This document shows positions 10,841 through 20,648 of a DNA stretch of 64,000 bases, piece after piece. This stretch comes from an uncultured Alphaproteobacteria bacterium (GTDB lineage Bacteria; Pseudomonadota; Alphaproteobacteria; RF32; CAG-239), in assembly GCA_944392315.1 (NCBI GenBank), contig CALXWH010000002.1, forward strand, positions 31,441 through 95,440, written 5' to 3'. Within the stretch, counting starts at the first letter, position 1. Every line of letters begins with the position of its first letter. A model generated the notes under the pieces. The model did not search any database. It was not told where the DNA came from and saw only the letters and a program-made list of their open reading frames with translations. Both the position numbers and the translations under genes were made by a program.

Positions 10841-11069
10841 ACCTTGTTACACAAAGAAGTTTCGCATATTTTCGTAAGATACACTCTGCTACTCCAGCTA
10901 GTTCCGATGATTCATTTTTATCAAAACTATGCCCTTGTATGCGCATTTCAGAAGTTAGTTCAAACACTTCTCCTGTATAATCACGAACGCAGTGTTTTTT
11001 ACTCTTTGTATCTATAACACTTTGACGAACTATCTCTGTTACATTATCCATATTTTTCTGTTCAGACAT
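10839..11069 (-). CDS. Small hypothetical protein (76 aa).
   Basis: An ORF filling the gap between comF and the TolC-like gene. No recognisable motif, so the coding status is uncertain. Confidence 0.35.
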   Translation of the reverse strand: MSEQKNMDNVTEIVRQSVIDTKSKKHCVRDYTGEVFELTSEMRIQGHSFDKNESSELAGVAECILRKYAKLLCVTR

Positions 11070-11084
11070 CTAGTATCCTTAATT

Positions 11085-12455
11085 TTAGTCAATACTCGTT
11101 GACAACCATTTTCCTGATGTTTCTTTATATTTAGCATCTGCATCATATAAATCAACATCTAATTTCAAATCTGCGGCTGTCAACTTGCCCATTGCTTGAA
11201 GTAATTGCAGGCCTGATACATAGTAATCATGGCGAGTGGTTACTTCTTCAACTTCAGAATCAAGCAAGTATTGGTATTGATTCAATACGTCTAATACCGT
11301 TCTATTACCCAGGGCTTCTTCTTCACGAACACCATTTAAGGCTACTTGATATGCTTTAATTTGAGCCTTTACGGATTTGATTTTAGCCTTGTTTGCACTT
11401 AAATATTCCCAATAGCTTGTTATATCTGCATGTAAAGCGTCTTGTGTGTTTAACACATCTTCTTGAGCTTGCCAACGATAATATTTGCTTTGGCGAATCT
11501 TGGCACGGCTGGAACCGGCATTATACAATGGAATTGAGAAGTTTACTCCTAATTCTACAGAATTATCGGTCGGATTTTTATCCATTGTATAGTCTTGACT
11601 CTTCAAACGACCGGCCGATGCATACGCGTTGATAGAAGGTAGCAGCTCACCTTGGCTTGTTTTAACATCATATTTCTTTGCTTTTAAGGTGTGTTTTGCC
11701 GCATTTAAGTCATAGTTATGCGTCTTTGCATATTCCAATGCTTCTTCTATACTTTTCGGAAACATCTTTTCTATTTCTTTTGGATCCGTCGTTTCTTTTG
11801 GTTCTTCACCGATAATTTGTTTATATATAGCTTTAGATGCTTCTAAATCTCCTTCTGCAGAGATTCTCTGTGATTGAGCAGATGCATAACTTGCTTCGGC
11901 TTGTGATACGTCTGTTGTGGTTACTTCCCCCACCTTAAAGCGTTCGCGGGTTTCTTCTAATTCTTTTTTGAGCAATTTTTCATTGTTTTTTTGAAGTCTA
12001 ACAATAGCTTCATCACGAAGAACATTTAGATATGCCGTAGCAGCATTCAATAATAAGCTTTGCTCGGTGGACATTAAACTTGCTTGAGCTGCTTTTACGG
12101 AACTTTTGGCCGAGCTTACGGAATTTACGGTTTGAAACCCACTAAAAATAGGTTGCGAAATTGTTGCGGCCAAACTTCTTTCATATCCATCTATCGGGCG
12201 TTGTGCTGTACCATGTTCACTTCTGTTTGTATTGATTTTAGAATCGCTATATCCTCCATCAATGCTCAATGTCGGACGATATCCAGATTTTGCGATGGCA
12301 ACATTTTCATCTATTGCACTTGTTGCCGCACGCGCAGCTTTGAGTGCCGGATTATATTCATAGGCTTTCGCCAAAGCTGTTTCCAATGTGTCTGCTTGTG
12401 CAGAAAGCGCTGTTGAAACAGTAAGAGCCAACGCAAGAATACTTAGCTTTTTCAT
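11085..12455 (-). CDS. TolC-family outer membrane efflux/secretion channel.
   Basis: Signal peptide, then two tandem coiled-coil/beta repeats typical of TolC/OMF proteins, 456 aa. It is not adjacent to the RND operon, so it may serve type I secretion. Confidence 0.8.
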   Translation of the reverse strand: MKKLSILALALTVSTALSAQADTLETALAKAYEYNPALKAARAATSAIDENVAIAKSGYRPTLSIDGGYSDSKINTNRSEHGTAQRPIDGYERSLAATISQPIFSGFQTVNSVSSAKSSVKAAQASLMSTEQSLLLNAATAYLNVLRDEAIVRLQKNNEKLLKKELEETRERFKVGEVTTTDVSQAEASYASAQSQRISAEGDLEASKAIYKQIIGEEPKETTDPKEIEKMFPKSIEEALEYAKTHNYDLNAAKHTLKAKKYDVKTSQGELLPSINAYASAGRLKSQDYTMDKNPTDNSVELGVNFSIPLYNAGSSRAKIRQSKYYRWQAQEDVLNTQDALHADITSYWEYLSANKAKIKSVKAQIKAYQVALNGVREEEALGNRTVLDVLNQYQYLLDSEVEEVTTRHDYYVSGLQLLQAMGKLTAADLKLDVDLYDADAKYKETSGKWLSTSID

Positions 12456-12614
12456 ATCTAAATTTCCTTTTTTTTACATTTCTATCTATGTGTTTTTTAA
12501 CACTTAATTGTTAAAAAAATACCAATCCCGTTTTTATTTTTCTAAATACTCTTATATTATTAACGAAAATTCAAACTATTTCACTTAGTTTTGTGAATAG
12601 TAAAGTATGTTTAA

Positions 12615-15137
12615 TTGGGAGATTGTGTATTGAGAAAAGGTAAATTAGAAATTAGCGATGAGATGAAAAAAGCTAGATTGAAACTTTCTATTGAGCATTA
12701 TATTAAATATTTCATCGGTAAAAGAACTTGCGAAGTTACAAAAGAAGAGGCCCTTTATGCTATCTCTTTGGCAGTTAGAGAATTTGCAATGGATGAAATG
12801 TACAAAACCATGGCTCGTTATAACGAAAAATCTGCCAAGAGAATTTATTACCTATCTATTGAATATTTGATTGGGCGCTCTTTGGAAAATAATTTACATA
12901 ACCTTGGTTTGTATGATTTATTAAAAGATATCAAGATTGACGGTTTTCCGGATATTTCATTAGAAGAAATTTTTGATACAGAATATGACCCAGCGTTGGG
13001 TAACGGCGGTTTGGGTCGTTTGGCTGCTTGTTATTTGGACTCTATGGCTTCTTTGGGATTGCCTGGGTTTGGATATGGTATAAATTATCAATTCGGCTTG
13101 TTTAAGCAAAAATTTGAAAATGGTTGGCAAGTTGAGCAGGCTGATGATTGGTTTTCTGATTTTTCACCTTGGGAATTAGCAAGACCAGACAGACAAGTTA
13201 CCGTTCCAATGTTTGGTAATGTTGAAACATATAAAGATGCTAACGGCAAAGATACTTATGTTTGGGCGAATACTCAAACGCTTTATGGCGTTCCGTATGA
13301 CTTTCCGGTTGTCGGATATGATGGGAAAGCCGTTAACTATTTACGTTTGTTCTCGGCGAAAACCGATGATGAATTTGACATAGATATTTTCAACAACGGT
13401 GGCTATATTGAAGCGGTGGAAGATAAAATCAAGACAGAAGCTATTTCTAAAGTTCTTTATCCTTCCGATGCTTTAGAATCTGGTAAAGCACTTCGTCTTT
13501 CTCAACAATATTTCTTCGTTTCTTGCGCTATTCAAGATATTTTCAGAAGATTTTTGGAAAAGAGTAACGACTTTGACAAATTGCCTGACGCTATTTGTAT
13601 CCAACTAAACGATACTCACCCGGCTTTGGCTATTGTTGAAATGATGAGACTCTTGATTGATGTTTATGGACAAGAATGGGAAACTTCTTGGAACATTGTT
13701 ACAAAAATCTTTGCTTATACAAACCACACTTTGTTGCCGGAAGCTCTGGAAACATGGCCGGTTAAATATTTTAAGCATATGTTGCCGAGACATTTGCAGA
13801 TTATTTATGAAATTAACCGTCGGTTTATTGAATTTGCAAAGACTAAATTTGGCGAGACCAGTGAGAAATTAGCTAAAGTTTCTATTGTTTCCGGTGACGG
13901 TGATGCACAAATTATCCGTATGGCTAACTTGTCTATTGTCGGCTCATTCTCTGTTAACGGTGTGGCAAAAATCCACTCTGAGCTGATTAAGACCTCGCTT
14001 GTGCCTGAATTTTATGAATTATGGCCGGAGAAATTTATTAACATCACAAATGGTATTACGCCAAGACGTTGGTTATTGCATGCAAACACGAATCTGTCTA
14101 ACTTGATTTCTGATAAAATCGGAAAAGACTGGATTTCTAACTTAGATTTGTTGACCAAGATTGCTGATTATGCCAACGATGCTGATTTTGTTAAACGGTT
14201 TAGCAAAATTAAGAAAATCAACAAAGAATTACTGCGACATGAAATCTTTAAAAAGACAAATGTTGCCGTTACGACCAATAGTATGTTTGTTATTCAAGCA
14301 AAGCGTATTCATGAATATAAGCGTCAGCTTATGGCCATTTTGCAGGTTATCGGCGATTATTTGGCAATTGTGCGCGATAATGTTCGTCCGATTTGCCCCA
14401 AAACATATATTTTTGCCGGTAAAGCTGCGCCGTCATATACCTTTGCTAAGTTAATTATCAAATTGATTAACAACGTAGCAAATGTCGTTAATAATGACCC
14501 GAAAGTCGGCGACTCGCTGAAAGTGGTATTTGTTCCGGATTATAAGGTTTCTTTGGCGGAAATTCTTATTCCGGCGGCTGATGTCAGCTTACAGATTTCC
14601 ACCGCAGGTTTTGAGGCTTCCGGTACGGGTAATATGAAATTTGCCTTAAACGGCGCTTTGACTGTTGGTACATACGACGGTGCTAATATTGAAATTCGTG
14701 AAGCCGTTGGCGAAGATAACTTCTTCCTCTTTGGATTGCGCGAAAACGAAATTCAAGAGATGCGCCCGACCTATAATCCACGCAAAATTTATGAAGATTC
14801 GGAATATGTTAAGCGTATTTTGAACACATTAACTTCTAATCTGTTTTGTGAAAAAGATGCGCCGTCATTGTTTAAGCCGATTTTTGATGAATTGCTTAAC
14901 CGCGACTACTTCTTTGTTTTGGCGGATTTGGAAGCCTTTGACAAAGCAATGGAAGAGGCTGAAAAAGCATATCTTAACAAAGAAGAATGGGCGAAAAAAG
15001 CTATTTATAACGTGGCCAGAGTTGGCTATTTCTCCAGTGACCGCGCGGTTAGAGAATATGCTGAGAAGATTTGGCACGTTCAAAGCTATGATTCGGATGA
15101 TGATTACATTGCCGAAGATGAAGCTAAATCTGCTTAA
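12615..15137 (+). CDS. glgP: Glycogen/maltodextrin phosphorylase (GT35).
   Basis: 840 aa with GT35 signatures, including the PLP-Lys region (…EASGTGNMKFALNGALTVGTYDGANIE…). The start could be a downstream Met. No glgA/glgB/glgC nearby. Confidence 0.9.
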   Translation: MGDCVLRKGKLEISDEMKKARLKLSIEHYIKYFIGKRTCEVTKEEALYAISLAVREFAMDEMYKTMARYNEKSAKRIYYLSIEYLIGRSLENNLHNLGLYDLLKDIKIDGFPDISLEEIFDTEYDPALGNGGLGRLAACYLDSMASLGLPGFGYGINYQFGLFKQKFENGWQVEQADDWFSDFSPWELARPDRQVTVPMFGNVETYKDANGKDTYVWANTQTLYGVPYDFPVVGYDGKAVNYLRLFSAKTDDEFDIDIFNNGGYIEAVEDKIKTEAISKVLYPSDALESGKALRLSQQYFFVSCAIQDIFRRFLEKSNDFDKLPDAICIQLNDTHPALAIVEMMRLLIDVYGQEWETSWNIVTKIFAYTNHTLLPEALETWPVKYFKHMLPRHLQIIYEINRRFIEFAKTKFGETSEKLAKVSIVSGDGDAQIIRMANLSIVGSFSVNGVAKIHSELIKTSLVPEFYELWPEKFINITNGITPRRWLLHANTNLSNLISDKIGKDWISNLDLLTKIADYANDADFVKRFSKIKKINKELLRHEIFKKTNVAVTTNSMFVIQAKRIHEYKRQLMAILQVIGDYLAIVRDNVRPICPKTYIFAGKAAPSYTFAKLIIKLINNVANVVNNDPKVGDSLKVVFVPDYKVSLAEILIPAADVSLQISTAGFEASGTGNMKFALNGALTVGTYDGANIEIREAVGEDNFFLFGLRENEIQEMRPTYNPRKIYEDSEYVKRILNTLTSNLFCEKDAPSLFKPIFDELLNRDYFFVLADLEAFDKAMEEAEKAYLNKEEWAKKAIYNVARVGYFSSDRAVREYAEKIWHVQSYDSDDDYIAEDEAKSA

Positions 15138-15156
15138 AAAGTACGTCTATTGACAC

Positions 15157-15190
15157 GAAGCCCGAAGCGCAAAACTTTGGGCTTTTTATT
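15157..15190 (+). terminator. Strong rho-independent terminator after glgP.
   Basis: 10-bp stem aagcccgaag/cuuugggcuu with loop cgcaaaa, followed by ttttatttatttt. Confidence 0.7.
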
Positions 15191-15243
15191 TATTTTCAAA
15201 ATATTACTCCGCAGACGACTCTAAAAAACGAATCGACAAAGGC

Positions 15244-15272
15244 TTGACGTGAAGCAAAAAATGTGGTATATT
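15244..15272 (+). promoter_or_regulatory. Near-consensus sigma-70 promoter (TTGACG, 17 nt spacer, extended TGgTATATT).
   Basis: -35 ttgacg at 15244-15249 and extended -10 tg-g-tatatt at 15264-15272 with an exact 17-nt spacer. It faces the lipoprotein gene about 310 nt downstream. Confidence 0.55.
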
Positions 15273-15583
15273 AAAGTTCTAAAGTGAATTATTCTGTTTT
15301 CTAAGTTTTATTTTTATTATTGTAAAAATTCTCTTAGTGCGGCTTAGTTCACTTAATAAAATTGAATATTAACAACGCATTTGGAAGTACAGGATCAGCA
15401 GTTTGTAAAATTTATCAATTGAAGGCTTTTTTTTATTACGACACATGCCACCGTGAGCGAAGAACAGTACCTCAGGTTAACCGATTGAAAATTTTAATGA
15501 ACTTGCCCCCAATAGCCAAATGCTATTTTAATTATAACGCGTGAGTAGACAGATGGAAACATCTTGAGGAGCGCGTGTGACGT

Positions 15584-16450
15584 ATGAAGAAAAATACATT
15601 CTTCTTTGTCGTTATTGTTTTATTAAGTGTAGTTCTCTTTTCTGCATGTGCAGGCGAGGAATTGATTCAAACCAGAGCGGAAGCTCCGGTTGTCACAGTT
15701 CCGGAAGAGGACGAAGAATATTTGGAGTGGGAGTACTCTCGCTCTGAATTGGTAACAAATGAAACTACACTGGAAAACGGTGTAGTAAATTTTGAAATTG
15801 TTGTTAAAGACATATACACAGCGGTGTATATGGGCGAAGAAGTCCATAAGGACAGCCTTCGTACTTACAATTTTAGTGACACTCAGAGCGCTGAGTGGAG
15901 ATCATTGGGAATTTCCTTCTCAAAAGGCTACAAAGCCTACCAGAAGGAATTCACCAACCACAATAACCTGTCTATGGACCCTATCGTGTCTGTAGATGAA
16001 GTTCTCTGCGAAGAGAACGGTTGGAGTATTCTTCGCTCAACGAAGGAGGTTCAATTCCACTACAATTCAACCACAAATCCAGACGTTGACTGCCTGAATC
16101 CGGTGGCTACAATTAATTCTTTCGCAGGTACATTTACCGATGAAAGATTAGGTGAAATTACATTAAAGTCCGTGACGGGAAAGATTGGTTATAATAACTA
16201 TCTTTACCACCACAAGGACCTCTCTTTCGTCTATAACGAAGAGACATCCTCTTGGGAAAATCTTCCTGCATGGGAAGATGATGCCCCGATGGGTGACGCT
16301 GTTGTAGAAAACGGAGAAAGCTATCTCCGTTATCCATTCATTTCTGAAGCGATATTTAGCGTTTCAGAATTCGGTTTTGAGGAAACTCTCAAGGCTGAAT
16401 ATGTATGGATGATCCGCTACAACAAGGCGGAATACGACGCTGAACATTAA
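15584..16450 (+). CDS. Hypothetical lipoprotein (signal peptide plus lipobox LFSAC).
   Basis: N-terminus MKKNTFFFVVIVLLSVVLFSAC fits a lipoprotein signal. The rest shows no known domain. Local GC and codon usage look higher than in the flanking genes. Confidence 0.55.
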   Translation: MKKNTFFFVVIVLLSVVLFSACAGEELIQTRAEAPVVTVPEEDEEYLEWEYSRSELVTNETTLENGVVNFEIVVKDIYTAVYMGEEVHKDSLRTYNFSDTQSAEWRSLGISFSKGYKAYQKEFTNHNNLSMDPIVSVDEVLCEENGWSILRSTKEVQFHYNSTTNPDVDCLNPVATINSFAGTFTDERLGEITLKSVTGKIGYNNYLYHHKDLSFVYNEETSSWENLPAWEDDAPMGDAVVENGESYLRYPFISEAIFSVSEFGFEETLKAEYVWMIRYNKAEYDAEH

Positions 16451-16554
16451 CACGCACTAAGATAAGGGTCCCAAGCATTTGCTTGGAACCCTTTTTTATG
16501 CTCTATTTGGGCTTTTTATCAGCTTTTTTTATCCGCGAATCTTTTTAATTTATT

Positions 16555-17499
16555 CTAGCGATAATCCCACTCTTCTTTGGCTCGTTTGTTTCGTGTTTCT
16601 ATGGATAAAGTTCTACCTTTATATTTTTGGGGCTTTTCCGTAAACTCTTTAACGCGCTCCATCGCTTTTGCATAACGGTTTTCTTCATATTCCGCTTTTT
16701 TAGAAATATCTTCATATCGTTTGGCCTGCTCCGCATTATTCGCATCTCGGCTCAAAGCAGCAGCGGTTATGCGTATCGCATAATTAAAATCTTTTTTTAG
16801 CTTAAACTTAGCGCTACGATTGTACTTTTCAGCAGGTAAACAATCCACAATGTTTAAACAGTTTTCATACAACGACAGTTTTTCTGCACAACCTTTTATT
16901 TTTCTTAGTTCCTCGTTGTTCATCACTTCTTTGAAAAAATACAATGCGTTTTTTTCATAATCTTTAGATGCTTTTTGATTTTGACGGTGCTGACGGTCAT
17001 ATCCTTTTTTCATATCCCGAATGCGCAGGGCTTGGCGATTATACTCCTCCAATAACATTTTATCATGATATTCCGGCAGATGACGTTTACAATTATACTC
17101 AAGAGCATTTAGGATATATATATTCTCCGAGTATATCTGCGGGCGAAAGTGCTCTATTCCTTTTAGTAATTTCCAATAGCGATATTCGCTTAAATTGTGT
17201 GTATTGCTCGTGTATAAATCTACAGACTGGCGATAATCTTCCAGACAATCACAAAAATCTGCCGCTCTTACGGTTTCGGTATACAATTGCGAATCGTCGG
17301 CAAAAATGCTTAACTGTCCATCATGCTTTTTATGATGAGCTATTTTGCTCTGATAGATAGAAATTTCTGTGTTTACGGGGGTGTTTTCATGATTTGTGCA
17401 GCGTGAAACGGCTCGGTTTATTATCCGATATAATTCTTGTATTTGCCCATTCTCCGCCATTATTGCACTTTCTTTGTTTGCTTTTATGTATTTTAACAT
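16555..17499 (-). CDS. Hypothetical soluble protein (314 aa), charged, without TM segments or motifs.
   Basis: Long ORF convergent with the lipoprotein gene. The start may be the internal Met (MAENGQ, ~17460). Confidence 0.5.
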   Translation of the reverse strand: MLKYIKANKESAIMAENGQIQELYRIINRAVSRCTNHENTPVNTEISIYQSKIAHHKKHDGQLSIFADDSQLYTETVRAADFCDCLEDYRQSVDLYTSNTHNLSEYRYWKLLKGIEHFRPQIYSENIYILNALEYNCKRHLPEYHDKMLLEEYNRQALRIRDMKKGYDRQHRQNQKASKDYEKNALYFFKEVMNNEELRKIKGCAEKLSLYENCLNIVDCLPAEKYNRSAKFKLKKDFNYAIRITAAALSRDANNAEQAKRYEDISKKAEYEENRYAKAMERVKEFTEKPQKYKGRTLSIETRNKRAKEEWDYR

Positions 17500-17584
17500 A
17501 CTTTATATTTGTTTGCAAAAGAAAATTATATGCAAAAAAGAGCCGCTATTACTTGCGACTCCTTATTAGTGCTTTAAACGGATA

Positions 17585-18016
17585 TTATTCGTTTTCTAAA
17601 ATGATATCGCCGGTTTTTAATAAAACTAACTTATCTAATACCCATTTGTTGATTTGTTTGATTTTTTCGTTTTCAACATTCAAACGTTCTGCAATGTCTA
17701 TAATGAAATCAATTTCATCATCATCCAAGCCACTATCTGAATTTGCTAAAAAGCAGAGTTCTTTTACCAACTGTAGGGCTTTTTTGCGTTCGGTTATTTG
17801 GCTTACCTTGGCTAAAATCTCTTCTTTATTTAGATTTTTCATTATATTTACAATTTCCGCTTCCGGAATTTCATACATCTTTCCGATATTTTTCAAAAAA
17901 TCTATTTCCTCTTTTGCTACTTTTTTATCTGAGCATACCATACAGCAAAAGCTCTCTACAAAAATTCTTTTTTCTTCCGGACTTAAAGTCGCTATGTACT
18001 CATATTCCTGGTTCAT
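17585..18016 (-). CDS. TerB-like (tellurite resistance TerB / DjlA N-terminal-type) helical domain protein.
   Basis: Paired acidic-helix segments (…EEIDFLKNIGKMYEIPEAE… / …DDDEIDFIIDIAERLNVE…) typical of the TerB fold. The likelier start is MNQEYEY at 18016 rather than 18058. Confidence 0.5.
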   Translation of the reverse strand: MNQEYEYIATLSPEEKRIFVESFCCMVCSDKKVAKEEIDFLKNIGKMYEIPEAEIVNIMKNLNKEEILAKVSQITERKKALQLVKELCFLANSDSGLDDDEIDFIIDIAERLNVENEKIKQINKWVLDKLVLLKTGDIILENE

Positions 18017-18130
18017 ATTTTTTCTCCATTGAAATTTACTGCGCATAATATACCGCAATTTATTTAAAATGCAGTAAATAAATGAAATCTGTGCATTTCT
18101 GATAATTTGCTCAAATTCTTAAAAAATATG

Positions 18131-18159
18131 TTGACGTTACTGAAAACTTAATGTAAATG
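18131..18159 (+). promoter_or_regulatory. Putative promoter for tRNA-Ser.
   Basis: ttgacg -35 at 18131-18136. After a 17-nt spacer comes a weak taaatg -10, ending about 12 nt before the tRNA 5' end. Confidence 0.35.
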
Positions 18160-18171
18160 TTCTTAAGTTAC

Positions 18172-18259
18172 GGAGTGTTGGCAGAGCGGTAATGCAGCGG
18201 ATTGCTAATCCGTCATCCCGAATAAGGATGCACAGGTTCGAGTCCTGTACACTCCGCCA
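18172..18259 (+). tRNA. tRNA-Ser (anticodon GCU), long variable arm, CCA encoded.
   Basis: 7-bp acceptor stem (GGAGTGT/ACACTCC), anticodon loop ttGCTaa, long variable arm, T-arm acagg-ttcgagt-cctgt, then discriminator G plus CCA. Confidence 0.9.
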
Positions 18260-18266
18260 TTTAAAG

Positions 18267-18295
18267 GTCTGCCTTGTTGCAGGCTTTTGTTTTAT
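18267..18295 (+). terminator. Terminator after tRNA-Ser.
   Basis: gcctg-ttg-caggc hairpin followed by ttttgtttt. Confidence 0.55.
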
Positions 18296-18488
18296 CTGGC
18301 ACTGGTATTTTGCTCACTGTTTTATCCACCATTTAGACAAAATATATCTTTTTTCTTTACTTTAATTTAAGACTTTGCTGATATATATTTATTCGTAGAT
18401 ATTTTTTACTCTATTTGTAAAAATAATTATTGACAAAAATAAAACTTCCTGTCATTTATTATGTCAATAATAAGAAAGGAAATAAATT

Positions 18489-18713
18489 ATGATTAAGGCT
18501 ACAATTAAAAACGAGACTAAAAGAAACGCTTTTGCCAAAGCCGGTGCTAAGAAAATTGCCGGTGGGCTATGCTCTACTAAAAAGAAACTTTCGTGCGGGG
18601 TAATCCTTAATCAATATAAAGTTATTGCAACAGGTGTTTGTTCTGATAGAGAAATTAAACATGAATTAAATAATGTTTTGCTTTTCAACAAAAACCAAAA
18701 AGAAGTTGCTTAA
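18489..18713 (+). CDS. Small basic hypothetical protein (74 aa), a stand-alone transcription unit.
   Basis: RBS aaggaaat 7 nt upstream, ttgaca -35 at 18430, and a strong terminator immediately downstream. No known motif. Confidence 0.45.
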   Translation: MIKATIKNETKRNAFAKAGAKKIAGGLCSTKKKLSCGVILNQYKVIATGVCSDREIKHELNNVLLFNKNQKEVA

Positions 18714-18725
18714 AAAATAAAATAT

Positions 18726-18766
18726 TTGTTGTTGCTTGAAGTCCGCTTTAAATGGCGGACTTTTTT
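18726..18766 (+). terminator. Rho-independent terminator after the small ORF.
   Basis: agtccgc-tttaaatg-gcggact followed by ttttttt. It lies inside the 5' end of the annotated 398-aa ORF, so that ORF's real start is further downstream. Confidence 0.65.
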
Positions 18767-18884
18767 TGTACTTAATAAATCAGCCTTACCGCTTCCGTTT
18801 TATTTTATCAAAAATCTCTTGCAAATATTGCGCAAATTTATATATTCATTGGTGAGATTTAATATTTATTATAAGGAGATTATA

Positions 18885-19922
18885 ATGCCTTTAGTTTCTA
18901 TGCGTCAGATTTTGGATCACGCTGCCGAAAACAACTATGGTGTTCCGGCTTTTAATGTTAATGATATGGAACAAATTATTGCTGTTTTGGAAGCTGCTAA
19001 AGAGGTTAATGCCCCTGTTATTATCCAAACTTCTACCGGTGCCAGAAAATTTGCTGGCGACCCGATGATTCGTCATATGATTGCTGCCGGAATTGAAATG
19101 TTTCCGGAATTGCCAATCTGCTTACACCAAGACCACGGTTCTTCCGTTGATATTTGCCAATCCGCTTTGGTTAACGGTTATTCTTCCGTTATGATGGATG
19201 GTTCTTTGGAATCTGATGGGAAAACACCTTCTTCTTTTGAATACAATGTTCGCGTTACTAAGGAAGTTGTTGCAAGAGCTCACGCTGTTGGCGCTTCTGT
19301 TGAAGGTGAACTTGGCGTTATCGGTTCTTTGGAAACAGGTAAAGGCGACAAGGAAGATGGTCATGGCGCAGAAGGCGTTATTGATAAAAAACGTTTGGTT
19401 ACAGACCCTGATGAAGCTGCAAAGTTTGTTGCTGAAACCAATATTGATGCTTTAGCCGTTGCTGTTGGTACTTCCCACGGTGCTTATAAATTTACTCGCA
19501 AGCCTACCGGCGATATCTTGGCTATTGATGTTATTGAAAAAATTCATGCTAAATTGCCAAATACCCACATGGTTATGCATGGTTCATCTTCCGTTCCTCA
19601 AGAATTGCAAGATTTAATTAATGCTTATGGCGGGGCTATTCCTCAGACATTCGGTGTACCGGTTGAAGAAATCGTTCGCGGCATTAAGTCCGGTGTTCGT
19701 AAGGTTAATGTTGATACTGACTGCCGTATGGCTATTACCGGTGCTATCAGAAAATTATTTGCTGAGAATCCAAAAGAATTTGATCCTCGTAAATATCTGA
19801 AACCGGCTATTGAAGAAATGAAGAAAGTTTGTATCAGCCGTTATGTTGCTTTTGGTGCGGCTGGTCATGCTGATAAAATTAAGCCTGTTCCATTGTCTGT
19901 TATGGCAAAGAAATATGCTTAA
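18885..19922 (+). CDS. fba: Fructose-bisphosphate aldolase, class II (FbaA/CbbA type).
   Basis: [26 protein letters not shown]… is the canonical class II aldolase N-terminus. RBS aaggag at 18873. The start is trimmed from the ORF-track 18726 because of the intervening terminator. Confidence 0.9.
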   Translation: MPLVSMRQILDHAAENNYGVPAFNVNDMEQIIAVLEAAKEVNAPVIIQTSTGARKFAGDPMIRHMIAAGIEMFPELPICLHQDHGSSVDICQSALVNGYSSVMMDGSLESDGKTPSSFEYNVRVTKEVVARAHAVGASVEGELGVIGSLETGKGDKEDGHGAEGVIDKKRLVTDPDEAAKFVAETNIDALAVAVGTSHGAYKFTRKPTGDILAIDVIEKIHAKLPNTHMVMHGSSSVPQELQDLINAYGGAIPQTFGVPVEEIVRGIKSGVRKVNVDTDCRMAITGAIRKLFAENPKEFDPRKYLKPAIEEMKKVCISRYVAFGAAGHADKIKPVPLSVMAKKYA

Positions 19923-19935
19923 TTAAAAAATTATT

Positions 19936-19962
19936 GAGCCGTAGAAATACGGCTCTTTTTTT
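19936..19962 (+). terminator. Terminator after fba. An imperfect second hairpin follows at ~19966-19990, which may terminate infC on the opposite strand.
   Basis: gagccgta-gaaa-tacggctc followed by ttttttt. Confidence 0.6.
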
Positions 19963-20007
19963 ACAAAAAAGGCGGCCATTTGACCACCTTTTCTTTTTTT
20001 TGCTATA

Positions 20008-20562
20008 TTACTTTGCAGGAGATACTATCATAAACATCTGCTTTCCTTCTAATTTGGGAGCAGAATCTACTTTACCAATCCCTTCCAAATCTTCTATCAA
20101 TCTGTTCAGAATTTCTTTTCCCATGTCATTGGCGCTCATTTCACGACCTTTGTAACGCATTGTAAACTTTACTTTATCTCCTTGTTCAAGGAATTTTTTC
20201 GCCTGCTTTACTTTTACCTCATAATCGTGTGTATCAATCATCGGGCGCAATTTTAACTCTTTGATATTTACAACTTTTTGATTCTTTTTTGCCTCGTTCT
20301 TCTTTTTTTGCATCTCGTATTTATACTTGCCGTAATCTAATACTTTGCAAACCGGTGGAGTTACTTGGGGAGAAATTTCAATCAAATCAAGCCCTACTTC
20401 TTGAGCTATCTTTAAGGCCTCTGTAACTGAAACGACACCTAAATTTTCTCCATTATAATTGATTAAGCGAACTTCTTTTGATTTTATTTCACGATTTATG
20501 CGTGGTCCGTCACTTTCACGTACTGGCGCATTGGTATTTTCTGTAGCTATGGTTGCCTCCAA
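20008..20562 (-). CDS. infC: Translation initiation factor IF-3.
   Basis: IF-3 N- and C-domain motifs (…INREIKSKEVRLI… / …VKFTMRYKGREM…). The true start may be a non-ATG codon upstream, as is usual for infC. No rpmI-rplT downstream. Confidence 0.85.
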   Translation of the reverse strand: MEATIATENTNAPVRESDGPRINREIKSKEVRLINYNGENLGVVSVTEALKIAQEVGLDLIEISPQVTPPVCKVLDYGKYKYEMQKKKNEAKKNQKVVNIKELKLRPMIDTHDYEVKVKQAKKFLEQGDKVKFTMRYKGREMSANDMGKEILNRLIEDLEGIGKVDSAPKLEGKQMFMIVSPAK

Positions 20563-20648
20563 TTAAAATTAATGTTACTTTTTATATAATAGTTATATTT
20601 ATTATACTTCGCAACAAAAATCTTTGAAATTTTTCTAATTTATCAGCT

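Noticed and set aside
15362-15544. 60-aa ORF in the leader upstream of the lipoprotein gene.
   Set aside because: No RBS and poor coding composition. More likely part of a 5' leader RNA. The region is kept as a possible regulatory RNA instead.
17394-18048. Plus-strand ORFs of 212 aa and 101 aa.
   Set aside because: Antisense to the TerB-like gene and the 3' end of the 314-aa gene. Hydrophobic low-complexity translation typical of AT-rich antisense frames.
19966-20000. Second hairpin after fba as a separate infC terminator.
   Set aside because: The stem has a mismatch, and the T-run orientation is ambiguous. It is reported only as part of the terminator region.
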